64,000 nucleotides of DNA, taken from positions 3,968,001 through 4,032,000 of the forward strand of contig JBHGNT010000007.1 in NCBI GenBank assembly GCA_043228905.1. The letters run 5' to 3'. The notes under the pieces are model-generated. The model did not search any database, was not told the DNA's origin, and saw only the letters and a program-made list of their open reading frames with translations. The position numbers were made by a program, and so were the translations under genes. Numbering within the stretch: the first letter of the stretch is position 1; the number at the start of each line of letters is the position of its first letter. Of the stretch, positions 1 to 10,015 are shown in pieces. Source of the stretch: Azolla caroliniana (lineage: Eukaryota; Plantae; Polypodiophyta).

Positions 1-701
1 CCCACGTACATAAAAGTGTGTATGCCTCATATTTTGCCATATTCTTCTTCTTTGGCCTTATCTTCCAACCTTTTCAGATATAGTATGTGCAGCTTTGAGT
101 CAATAACATAAAAAATGTTTGACATCACAAAGTTGATGTGAAGGTCTAGGCAATCTTGAGACTTTTCAATGTAATGAATAGAAACTTAATGGGAATCTTC
201 CATCTACAACACAATGACAAATCAGTTTATGCAGTTTTCAATTCATGACTCCATTTTGTAGGTGTTTCAATGATTACATTTTTGTATGACATGCAGAATT
301 TGATAGAATGCATCGCATATATGTTGATAAATTCATCGCCATTCAAGAGAGTACATATATTTTGATAGTTTAGAATTTCAAGACCATTCAAAAGTCAACA
401 GAAAACCCAAAAATCAATTGTGGAATTCACTATCATGTGCATATATTTTGTAGCGTTGCTCTTTTTTAAACAAATAACAGTACATATTTATGCACCTCCA
501 CAACTAACATTCATCGAATATGTCGACCTTTGATGTGGATTATGTTGACCTTTGATGTGGATCCATGAAAATCATTCATACAACTCACGCACGAGTAATT
601 AAAGTGATCGATCTTTCACCAACTATGGCGAACAATGGACTTCAGTGATTGTAGACAAGATTATCATTATTTCCTATCCCATTAAGAATGAATTGTCATC
701 A

Positions 702-737
702 AACACGTTCGCGTTCACAAGTGGAAGGATTGCGCAT
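702..737 (+). repeat. Left TIR of element A
   Basis: 29-bp perfect inverted match to 9987-10015; begins AACAC like the TIR at 39124. Confidence 0.92.
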
Positions 738-1749
738 TCCACTTGTAGAATCTTCTTAAAACGAAGCAAATACACCCTCTCTACAAAAATTGGATGCACT
801 AGTATCACATGTTCCTCAACTTGATGAGAATTTGCAAATATAAAAATACATGATAGATCTACGAGTGGAGATCATTAGAAATCATGCAAGTTTAGACATG
901 TTGATAAGTTAATGTAGGCATAATAAAGTTCAACTATGGCTCAATATGTCACTACTGTGCGACAAGGGAAACACTAACTTAAAGACTTATATTAATTAGG
1001 TAAGTTTTACAAAAATATGAGGTGTACTTGTATCCATACTAATAAAATGAGATATAATTTATACTTTGACCCATACGTGCATGTATGTAATTGTGGAAAA
1101 TGTAGGATAGTGCACATTAGGATAAGTGATTGGAATAACTAACTTATTAAAGTATTCAATACTTGTATTTAAAGTTGATCTAATCTATTCCTCAGTTTGT
1201 TCATATGGGATCAAACCATATGTGTATATAATTGTGCACAATGTAAGGCAGTGAACTTTAGGATAATGTCGTGGAAATAACAAACCTATTAGGCTTTCAT
1301 ACCTGTATTTAAAATTGATCTACTCTATTGTTTAGGTGATTCACACAAGATCAAACTCCGAACGATAACGCAACTAGAACCATTATCAACACACTACACA
1401 ATCTAAGCAGCAATGGAATAGAAACATAATAGTTTTAACAATAGAAGACAAAGATCCATAATAACAACATGGACAGTCATGGCAACAATTGTAGGGCCAT
1501 GTTCTGTTAAGGTTAGCTTGGACCAAAATCAGCCTCCATTTAAACTAGTTCATGTTTCTCCATAAGTTTGGTAGTCTGCTATGCACGCGGTGAAACCAAT
1601 ATCATAAATCTACTAATCAAGTATATAAAAATAAAATTGAAACATATAGAAGATTATAAAGAATAGAATCCACTAGGTAAAACCCAAAATTTGTATTAAT
1701 AATGTGAAATCTTAACAAATCGTCAGTGTCATATTCTTCATAGAGTCTA

Positions 1750-4700
1750 TTACATAGCAATCAATTCATCAACGTCATTTTCTTCATCATCTTGTGTAGA
1801 ACTGTCTTCGGCTATACGTGCATTGGTTTCCCCTGTTAGCCGAGCCAATGAAATATCTTCTATAAGCTCATCATCAAGCTCTATTAGCTCCCTCGGTTCG
1901 CCGGCTAACGGAGGAATAGGCTCTCGCGAAATAGGTTGAAACCTTTCTGTATTGGCGAGGTTCTTTGCACCGACCTCCTCATCCTGGTCTGGGCACTCCC
2001 ACAAAGCCTTAATCCGCATATTAATAAATATAACTTGGTCCTCGTCCTTCTCCAATGCAACTGTATTTCTAAACAGCTTCAATGCACATGCTGACGTAGT
2101 TCCTGTGATGTAAGTAACAAGAAGATTTAGTTGTCAAACGAAAAAAAAGTGATTGGTTATCTCAAGATCGTTACCCTAGTTCGAGGAATACTTGTGCCAG
2201 AAAAGAGATCTAATATCCAGTCTCCTTCGACAGAAAACATCTCGATCAAGCGCATCATAAGTCGTTGAGGTTTTTGGTATGGGTTGACAAGTCCCCGTTC
2301 TGTCGTGGTGACATGTCGCAATTTTCGAGTCACTGTTGGATATACCAACAGATTTGAACCTCCCACTTCATTAGAATGCTCTTTGATTCTCTGTTTCTTA
2401 ATTTCATCGAAGTAGCCAACCGTTATGTATTCAATGGCATTAACGAACCGAAAAGTTGGCCATCTATTTACATTGGTCTTGATCCTATAAAAAATAATAC
2501 ATCGAGTTAAGAATAGATTCAACAACCTTAAGAAATGCAATATAGTGAAAGAAACCTATAAATAATCCTTACCATGCAAGGTTCTCGATGCCATGGCAAC
2601 GAGATCTCAAAGCTTGAGCTACCGAGTACCCTTGGTCCATACTATGAAAGACAACTATTCGCCACAACGATGCGGTCGTTAGCTCAGCGAAATCCTTGAC
2701 CATCTTCTCCAATTGTTTAAACCTAAACGGTTCATCGTCGTATGATGACCCAACCATTCGAAATCTGTAAGGAATATCCGCAATCATTAGCGTATATTCC
2801 TTCTTTGGCACCTTCTGGATCAAGTCGATGACATCACCGCAAACCACATTGTAGTAAAGATCTCTCGTAATATCTTTTTTGTGGCTAAAATTTTTAAACG
2901 AGCCATCTTCCTCCATTTCGTACGCCTTGACTAAGCGACGATCCTTTTCTTTTCTGGCTCGCTCGAGATGTGCAAGGAAGGATGTAGGGAAATCGTGTAT
3001 ATCCTTAACTTCTCCTTGTTTCTTGCCTTGACACGGTTTCTAATAGAAGCAATAGGACATCAGGTATTATTATACAAGCTCTACATATGATGAAAGGGTA
3101 ATGAAAAAACATGAATACTAACCCAATCCTTGAATGCAATAAAATACTCTGATAACGCCTTATACGAAGACGTTAGAGGATAATCCTTGGTCACTTGTTC
3201 CCAAGTTATACATCCAAGTTGTTTCATCATAACTTCTTGGATCTTCATGTACACCTTATGACTGTAAAATTAGAAATCAAGATTAGAACTTTGAATTACA
3301 CCAGATAGACTACAATTTCAGTATTTGAAAGACTTACTTATTGAACTCAGTGACCATTTCTTCAAGGCTTAAATCTTTCGCCACAACCCTTGACAAAACC
3401 GACAGAAGAAGCTGCTCGTCCTTAATACCTTGCATCGCTCTCCATAGAGACAACTTCATGTCATCTGCCGCTTCTTCAATTGTGAAGTCAATTTTCTTGG
3501 CGGTTTGTGACTTTAACTCTAGTTGAGGGTCAACCCTACATTTCTTTTGTCGTTGACCCTTTACCTCCTTATTCTCCCACATTGAGAAGATTTGATCTTG
3601 TAGGTCCCATACTTCTCCATCTCTAAAAGCCAATTGAAACCAAGACTCATACTTTCGAAGACCATCGGACCTAACATTATCATCTACCACAATGCCGACT
3701 TCATGCAGACATTGACGTCGAAGGCCTGGATGTAACTTCACACCAAACTTTTGTTTCACATCTAAATACTTGTGGTGGAAGAACCGTATACGCTCAATGG
3801 ACGACATTTTCTGCCTATAGTCATTATCATTATTATGGTCCCATGCCAACAGCTTAGCCTCTTCGGTTGTGAGCCCAACATAAATTTTGCACTCGGCATA
3901 CTTGAAGAAGAAAGTTGTTGGATGTTCTCTCACAAGTTGCCGACGTGCCTCTACTGAATGCGATCGACTAATGACTAAATAATTATATTGATCATGCTTT
4001 CTAATATCAAAATCTTCAATGGTTTCACATTCTTCAGGATCTACCATAACAATAAAAGGCACCACAGTGGCATGAGGATTAATTTTCATTTTTTTCTTGA
4101 GATTTTGAACTTGCATGCGGTGAGGCTCTCTAATCTCAAGTGGTCTTCGACCTGTTTTTTCATCAATAGGGGGCCGATGGATGTGTGTTATAGGCAAATT
4201 AAACACTTGCCCTTTCCTGACCAGCTTCCGTTGCATTAACTCTCTCCTTATTTTATTCTGCTCGGATGACAAAACACCCGAGGCCAGCTCAGCTCCTGGC
4301 GTCCCCTTATTATCCTCCTCTTCGTTTTCACTTGTTGAATCGGAGTCCGACATTTTGGTTGTCTTCTTCTTTGCTGGTCTTGACTAGACTTTGGATACCT
4401 TTTTTGTGGCCTTCAATGGGGAGGGCACTTCATCTCTTAGAGTTACATGGCCTTGTATATAAGGCCTCAAGGTAACGATAAGGTTTTGTGAGCTATCAAG
4501 TGCTTTTTTGAACACTTCTGGCCCACAAGATTCCTTTACTAAAAGGTCTTCTGAAAGGAACACTTTACGTACCCCCTTGGAGCACTCTATCATTACCAGT
4601 ATGTTTGCCGAATCTGCATCTTCGTAGTCAAATCGTAGAATACGGCCATACATAAATGGGGTTTCCTTTCTAAGCTGGCCCTCACCCTTCTTCTTTGCTG

Positions 4701-6061
4701 TATACAATACGACTTTTTTCTTTGAATCGACATATTGCATACACCATTCCTTGTCCGTTAGATCTCGGTCAGGAAGGTCTTCACCTCCAGTAGCGGCGAC
4801 AAGTTTCTTTTGGCTAACATCACTATGTGGCTGAGATTTTGTCTCTTCGTTAAATAGAAGCTTTTTTCCTCTCTTCATGGTCTCAAGAGCTACCTTGGTC
4901 TGGGCTTCGATTGGAGAACCTTGTATGCGAAGCTTTATTTTCTTCACGGGTCGGTCCGACAGGTTCTCAAACGACCTATTTAAGAAAGTATATGCAAAAA
5001 CATAAGTTAGGTAGTCACGTAGATTAAGGTTGTATATTATAATGAAGAACAGTTCCCAGGAGCAATCCTATATTCAAAAATCTATTATAGGCAGGGCTAT
5101 TCAACCTAGAAAATATATATCGTAATAAGTAAACAGGGTTATATATTCTTTTAAATAGTAGGTATGACTTATATAGATTCTAAACCTATATTGAGGAGAA
5201 TTTGCTACCGTAAAGGCAATTTGTGGATCATTTTCTACTATTTTAAGCTAAAGTAGGTCATAAAACACCTATAATTAGAGCATGTTTTTTTTTAAAAGTA
5301 AGGAAAGTCAACATAAAAAAGACTGATTTTGCCAGACAATTTGATATCTTTTCCACCCCATAATTATTTGTTACCCCAAAAACACAATTTTTCTCTCTCA
5401 AAGCCTTCTTATATACAGGAACTCGATACACCGTATCGAGTTCCTGTTTGAAACCTACACTTTAAACACGAACTCGATACGGCGTATCGAGTTCCTGTTT
5501 AAAATTCAAACTTTAAACAGTAACTCGTTACGCCGTATCGAGTTCCTGTTTAAAGTGTAGGTTTTAAACACGAACTCGATACGACGTATCGAGGTCGTGT
5601 TTAATGTGTAGGTTTTAAACACGAACTCGATACGGCGTATCGAGTTCCTGTTTAAATGGTAGGTTTTAAACAGGAACTCCATACGGCGTAGCGAGTTCCC
5701 GTTAAAAACCTACACTTTAAACAGGAACTCGATACGCCGTATCGAGTTCCTGTTTAAAATTGGATCGAGTTCCTGTTTAAAGTGTAGGTTTTAAATAGGA
5801 ACTCGATACGCCGTATCGAGTTCCTGTTTAATGTGTGGGTTTTAAACACGAACTCGATACGGCGTATCGAGTTCCTGTATAAAAAGCAAAAACAAATTAT
5901 GAACTCGATACGCCGTATCGAGTTCATGTATAAAGTTTGTATTGTATACATGAACTCGATACGGCGTATCGAGTTCTTGAGAAACGAAACATATTTACAA
6001 AAATGTCCACAGTGTCAGAGGCCTACTTGGAGTCCTCGCGCTCGATTCTCTTTGAAGACAT
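1750..6061 (-). pseudogene. Six-exon ParB/Srx-like domain + beta-class N6-adenine/N4-cytosine DNA methyltransferase fusion (~974 aa), one premature stop
   Basis: GT-AG exons 6061-6027, 4975-3338, 3261-3123, 3039-2573, 2484-2192, 2102-1750 sum to 2925 nt and join in frame. In-frame TAG at 4386-4384. Motif IV-like IADIPY precedes NPYQKPQRLMMRLIEMFSVEGDWILDLFSGT|(R)TTSACALKLFRNTVALE (motif X/I, beta order). ParB-like YLVISRSHSVEARRQL...LTTEEAKLLAWDHN...RQKMSSIERI. Confidence 0.85.
5416..5979. repeat. Array of 25-bp palindromes GAACTCGATACG-S-CGTATCGAGTTC at 51-bp period, in intron 1 of the MTase gene
   Basis: Copies start at 5419, 5470, 5521, 5572, 5623, 5674, 5725, 5799, 5850, 5901, 5952, plus a half copy at ~5763. 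Confidence 0.95.
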
Positions 6062-6185
6062 CGTTGATCGTGTGGAAGTGGAGGCGGAGATCGCGCTTTC
6101 GTGCTTTGTGCTCTGTGTGCTCTCTACGTTCTGTGTGCTCTGTACGCTCTGTACGCTTTGGTGAGTGAAATATGACGAGGTCTTC

Positions 6186-6600
6186 CTATTTATAGGGATT
6201 GAACACATTGGTTAAAGTAACCATAGTCACCTTAACCAAGGTTGGTAACTTTGAGGATAGTTAGTTGGTAACCATAGTCACATTAACTAGAGTAACTTAT
6301 GATTGTATTAATGATTACAAAGTCAAACTAACATATTGATCAATCTTTTATAGTCATAACAACCTACAATGACTTCAAAGGTTATGAAGGAGACAATGAT
6401 AGAGGTTCATGAATGTACCAATGATTGATTACTAAAAGCAACAAATTTTATGACTCTCAAATGCTATGTATTAAAGATGTTGGCATGAATTAACCAATGA
6501 TTGATAAGTCTAATATTTAAAATGGTGAGCATTAAAGAACCAATGATTGAGACGTTCTATATCAAAATGGGTGCCATTAATTAGCCAATGATTTTAACAT
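6186..6600. promoter_or_regulatory. Putative bidirectional promoter between the MTase and transposase genes
   Basis: TATAAATAG on the minus strand at 6194-6186, ~130 bp upstream of the ATG at 6061. Repeated (A)CCAATGATT boxes at ~6417, 6493, 6539, 6585; repeated TAACCATAGTCAC. Confidence 0.45.
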
Positions 6601-6877
6601 TAATCCAACATATTCATGGCTTGTTAATGATTAGTTTTATATTTTACTTGATTTAACTTCATATAGATCCAGTTTATATAATAATTGATATTTTAAGTAC
6701 AATTACTTTATTAAAAATAATTTTTTGATGTATTGTATTAATAGAATATTACATAATATATACATTCTACCCATTTGGCTTTTGTTTAGAGAGAAGTTTA
6801 TGTTTAGAGAGGAGCTTATTAGTTTTTTTCCTTACCCTAAGCACATAACTTAGAGAGCCCTATCTAGACCTTAAGCC

Positions 6878-9657
6878 ATGAGTGAAGATTCACCGTTCTC
6901 GATTGAAGAATATTGTTTGTCATCAGACCCATCGTTTTCTACTGAAGAGTATTGTTTGTCAACAGAGTCACCATATTCGATTGAAGAATATTGTCTGTCA
7001 ACCGACTCACCATATTCTATCGAAGAATATTGTCTGAGCTCATCTACAGGGAATGTAAATAATGACACATGTGAAGAGTTCTCTATTGAAGAATACGATA
7101 TTAATAAAGATACCGAGAATGAAGGAAGTGCCCAGGAAACATTGAATAACATTGGCGATGGTCACAACAGAGAATTAGACTGTAACAAGGTTACACCAAC
7201 CTCTATGCAGGAAGAGAAATCTGGGAGCCCTATGCATATTAGAAGAATCCCACGAAGAATTCGTCTGGCTAGATTTAGCTTGGTGACATCAGATAAACAG
7301 ATTGGATTTGATGTCAACAAAATATGTTGTGCCCGTGGTTGTATGTCTATGATTGGAAAATCAAAGTTGCGAGAATTAAGGCGATACTATTTTTCGATGA
7401 CCGGTGATGAGCAAGACACTTACCTCGGGTCACATATGCAACTAGTATCTGACAAATTTACAGGGATCAAAGTATCATTCGAGTATTATATCTTCCATGC
7501 GCAACAGATATGTAGAGTTGCATTCAAAATTGCGTTATGTGTTAGTAACATGCGGCTACATAGAGTACAACAACGTCTACTTAGCGGGGATCAGATGCTC
7601 AATTGTAAAGAGGTTCCAAGTATGAAAGGTGCAATTGTAAGACTAGCTATTGGCTGGATGAAAACTTACTTTCAGTTAAATTGTGAAGTAATGCCCACTA
7701 CAGGTAGGATGCATCTTTCTGATAATTATACACGTCGGGAAGTTTATGATGTCTATCGATCTGATATGCTGGGCTCACGTAATAAGTCTATCACCTATAG
7801 CCAATTCACAAGATTATGGAGAGCTCGGTTTTCAAATGTTATTATTCCTCGTAAGTACGTATGGGGTATTGCTCCATTTGTGCAAATCTTAAAAGTTTGG
7901 CTAAAGGTGCAAAGACATCAATGGAAAAGGATACGAGTAAGAAGTTACTACAAGAGCATCGTGAGGCACAATCCTTAGAATGAAGGAAGGCGATGCATCA
8001 TAGAGAGAAGTGTTTGAAGAGGCCCGAACAATACATGTGCTTAATGATAGATGGCATGGACCAGAAGAAGACATGCTTGCCGCATATGCGGCGGCTCCCC
8101 AAAGATGTCAATGATGAGTGCCTTGTTCAAATGCACTTGGTGGGATGCTTGGCTTATAATAGGTCTGTTCGACCTCACGTCTTCATTACTTACCCCAATG
8201 TTCACAATGACCCTAACCTAACAGTTACAGTGATTCACCGAGTTTTGATGTCTTGGGGACAACCTTTCCCCCCTGTTCTATACATTCAATTGGACAATAC
8301 TGCTAGAGAGAACAAAAATTCAATTGTATTTGGCTATCTAAGTATGTTGGTCAACCTAGAATTGTTTAGGAAAGTGAAAGTCAATTTCCTTTTGGTTGGC
8401 CACACACATGACCATATAGATCAGATGTTTAGCACATTCTCCAGACAGTTGTCTCGGCATGATGCTTTCACTTTACCTAAACTATTTGATGTCATTTGTG
8501 ATGCTTATACACCACGCCCAAAAGTGTTACACTTGAAGGAGGTATATGACTTTAAGAGATATATATTAGATGGGGGTGGTGGGAATGTTAAAGTGCTTGC
8601 TCAGTTAAACAATATAAGTTTCAATCACATTTTTTTGATAAAGAAAAATGGAATAAGTGGTTCTACACTTTTGTATGCTAAACAATATTCATCTTCTACA
8701 ACATGGGAACCTGAAGGTGGTTGCCAGTTATTACTTTGTATGCCGAGTACAATTGTCCATGGAGCTAAGCAAATGCCAATTGAGAAGAAAGGACAGTTGC
8801 AGAGCGACTTGGTATCAGAACAAAAACGGTCATGGGTCCAAGCCTTAGAAGAAAAAAGAAAGCATATTGAGGCCGCCAAGAAATATGCCGCACAACAAGA
8901 CACGTCATGGTGGGATGTATTTTATAGTGATCAGAAAGAAATTATAGACAATTGTGTATCTGTTGATAATTGGAATTTGGAAACGCCATTCACATGGTCG
9001 CTGCAACATGATCGCGTAAATAGAAGTCCGGAGCAACTAGTAAATGCAATTAATGACAGCTTGGTCCATCCACAACAAAGAGACATTTATGTGGGACCAA
9101 GGATGACGAAAGCAGCCGAAGCTAGATGGCAAGGAAATTTGCAAGAGCTCACCGCGGAGATGTTGATTGCAACGCCGGCTGATGAGAACTCACATGGCCA
9201 CCAATTTTGGGTTGGTAAAATTCTAGAAGTGCTAATGCATGAAATAGAAAACACGATCAAGTCTATAAATGTTCATTGGTACAACACTAGAAGTGCAAAT
9301 GCTTTTACAGGTAAGTATACATTGGAGATGATTGAATGCCAAACAAGAAGGGGAGGTAGGAAGAGGAAGCGAAACATTCGTAACACCTCGACCCTTGATA
9401 TCTCTGATGTGGATATCATCGTGTACGACTTCACACTTACAAAAGCCGGACGATTAAGGAAGTCAACAATAGATATAATAAAAGAAAAATTACCAGGTCT
9501 ACAAGGTGGCTCGAGTCAAAGGCAAACGAGATCTGCTACATATAATCTAGAGTCAAACCATTTGGTTTATGACGAAGATAATGCACTGATTGGTACATCC
9601 GAGGATGATGAGGAGGAATCGTCATTGTATATTAGTTATAGTAGTGATTCTCCGTAA
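6878..9657 (+). pseudogene. DUF7869/Sola-like DDD transposase (~926 aa) with one frameshift (~7855) and one stop (7981-7983)
   Basis: Restoring 1 bp at ~7855 gives PRKVRMGYCSICANL...EHREAQSLE*RKAMHHREK, continuous with ORF 7993-9657. Motifs CLMIDGMDQ, YIQLDNTARENKN and FLLVGHTHDHIDQMFS. Confidence 0.85.
6890..7045 (+). repeat. 39-bp coding tandem repeat (SPYSIEEYCLSTD x4) at the transposase N-terminus
   Basis: Four imperfect 13-aa units visible in ORF 6878-7978. Confidence 0.85.
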
Positions 9658-9979
9658 AGGAGTGATCATGAATGTATATTTGGCTATTAAGTGTAACTAC
9701 ATTCCGCTTGTAACAAATCGAGTAATATAAAATCATGTGTTTTGAATTCTTATGATTTCTAAAAAATTGTTTCTTATAAAATAACATTGGTTGTAAAGTT
9801 TGTGATATAAATTGAGAATGTATGTTTTTGAAATTCGTCTTTTTTTAGTTACTTCTAAATCACGAAAATAGTGGATTTTTAACCTTTTTCATAGTATGTT
9901 TGAACTTGTATGATACTGGTATCAATGTGTTTTGTAAAATCATTGAAAAACCCCTAAAATTTCCCTTATCCTTCCATTT

Positions 9980-10015
9980 ATGCGTGATCCTTCCACTTGT
10001 GAACGCGAACGTGTT
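9980..10015 (-). repeat. Right TIR of element A
   Basis: Reverse complement of 702-737; copia gag sequence starts immediately after. Confidence 0.92.

Larger units (their letters stand above)
702..10015. mobile_element. TIR DNA transposon (DUF7869/Sola-like transposase) carrying a ParB-like/DNA amino-methyltransferase gene; element A
   Basis: 702-730 AACACGTTCGCGTTCACAAGTGGAAGGAT is the exact reverse complement of 9987-10015 (extends to 36 bp with 2 mismatches). Encloses two divergent genes and a palindrome array. No matching TSD (ATCA vs GCCA). Confidence 0.88.

Noticed and set aside
698-701. TSD for element A
   Set aside because: ATCA versus GCCA do not match, and the left flank is not the expected copia gag; the flank is probably rearranged.
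1-701. Coding remnant upstream of element A
   Set aside because: No long ORF or recognisable motif; only a 22-bp tandem duplication near 519-562.
5416-5979. CRISPR array (palindromic repeats with constant-length spacers)
   Set aside because: Most spacers are copies or inversions of one sequence, there are no cas genes, and the array lies in a spliceosomal intron.
1750-6061. Bacterial contamination or prophage as the source of the ParB-MTase
   Set aside because: Five GT-AG introns, an intron shared with a second copy, and contiguity with plant retroelements.
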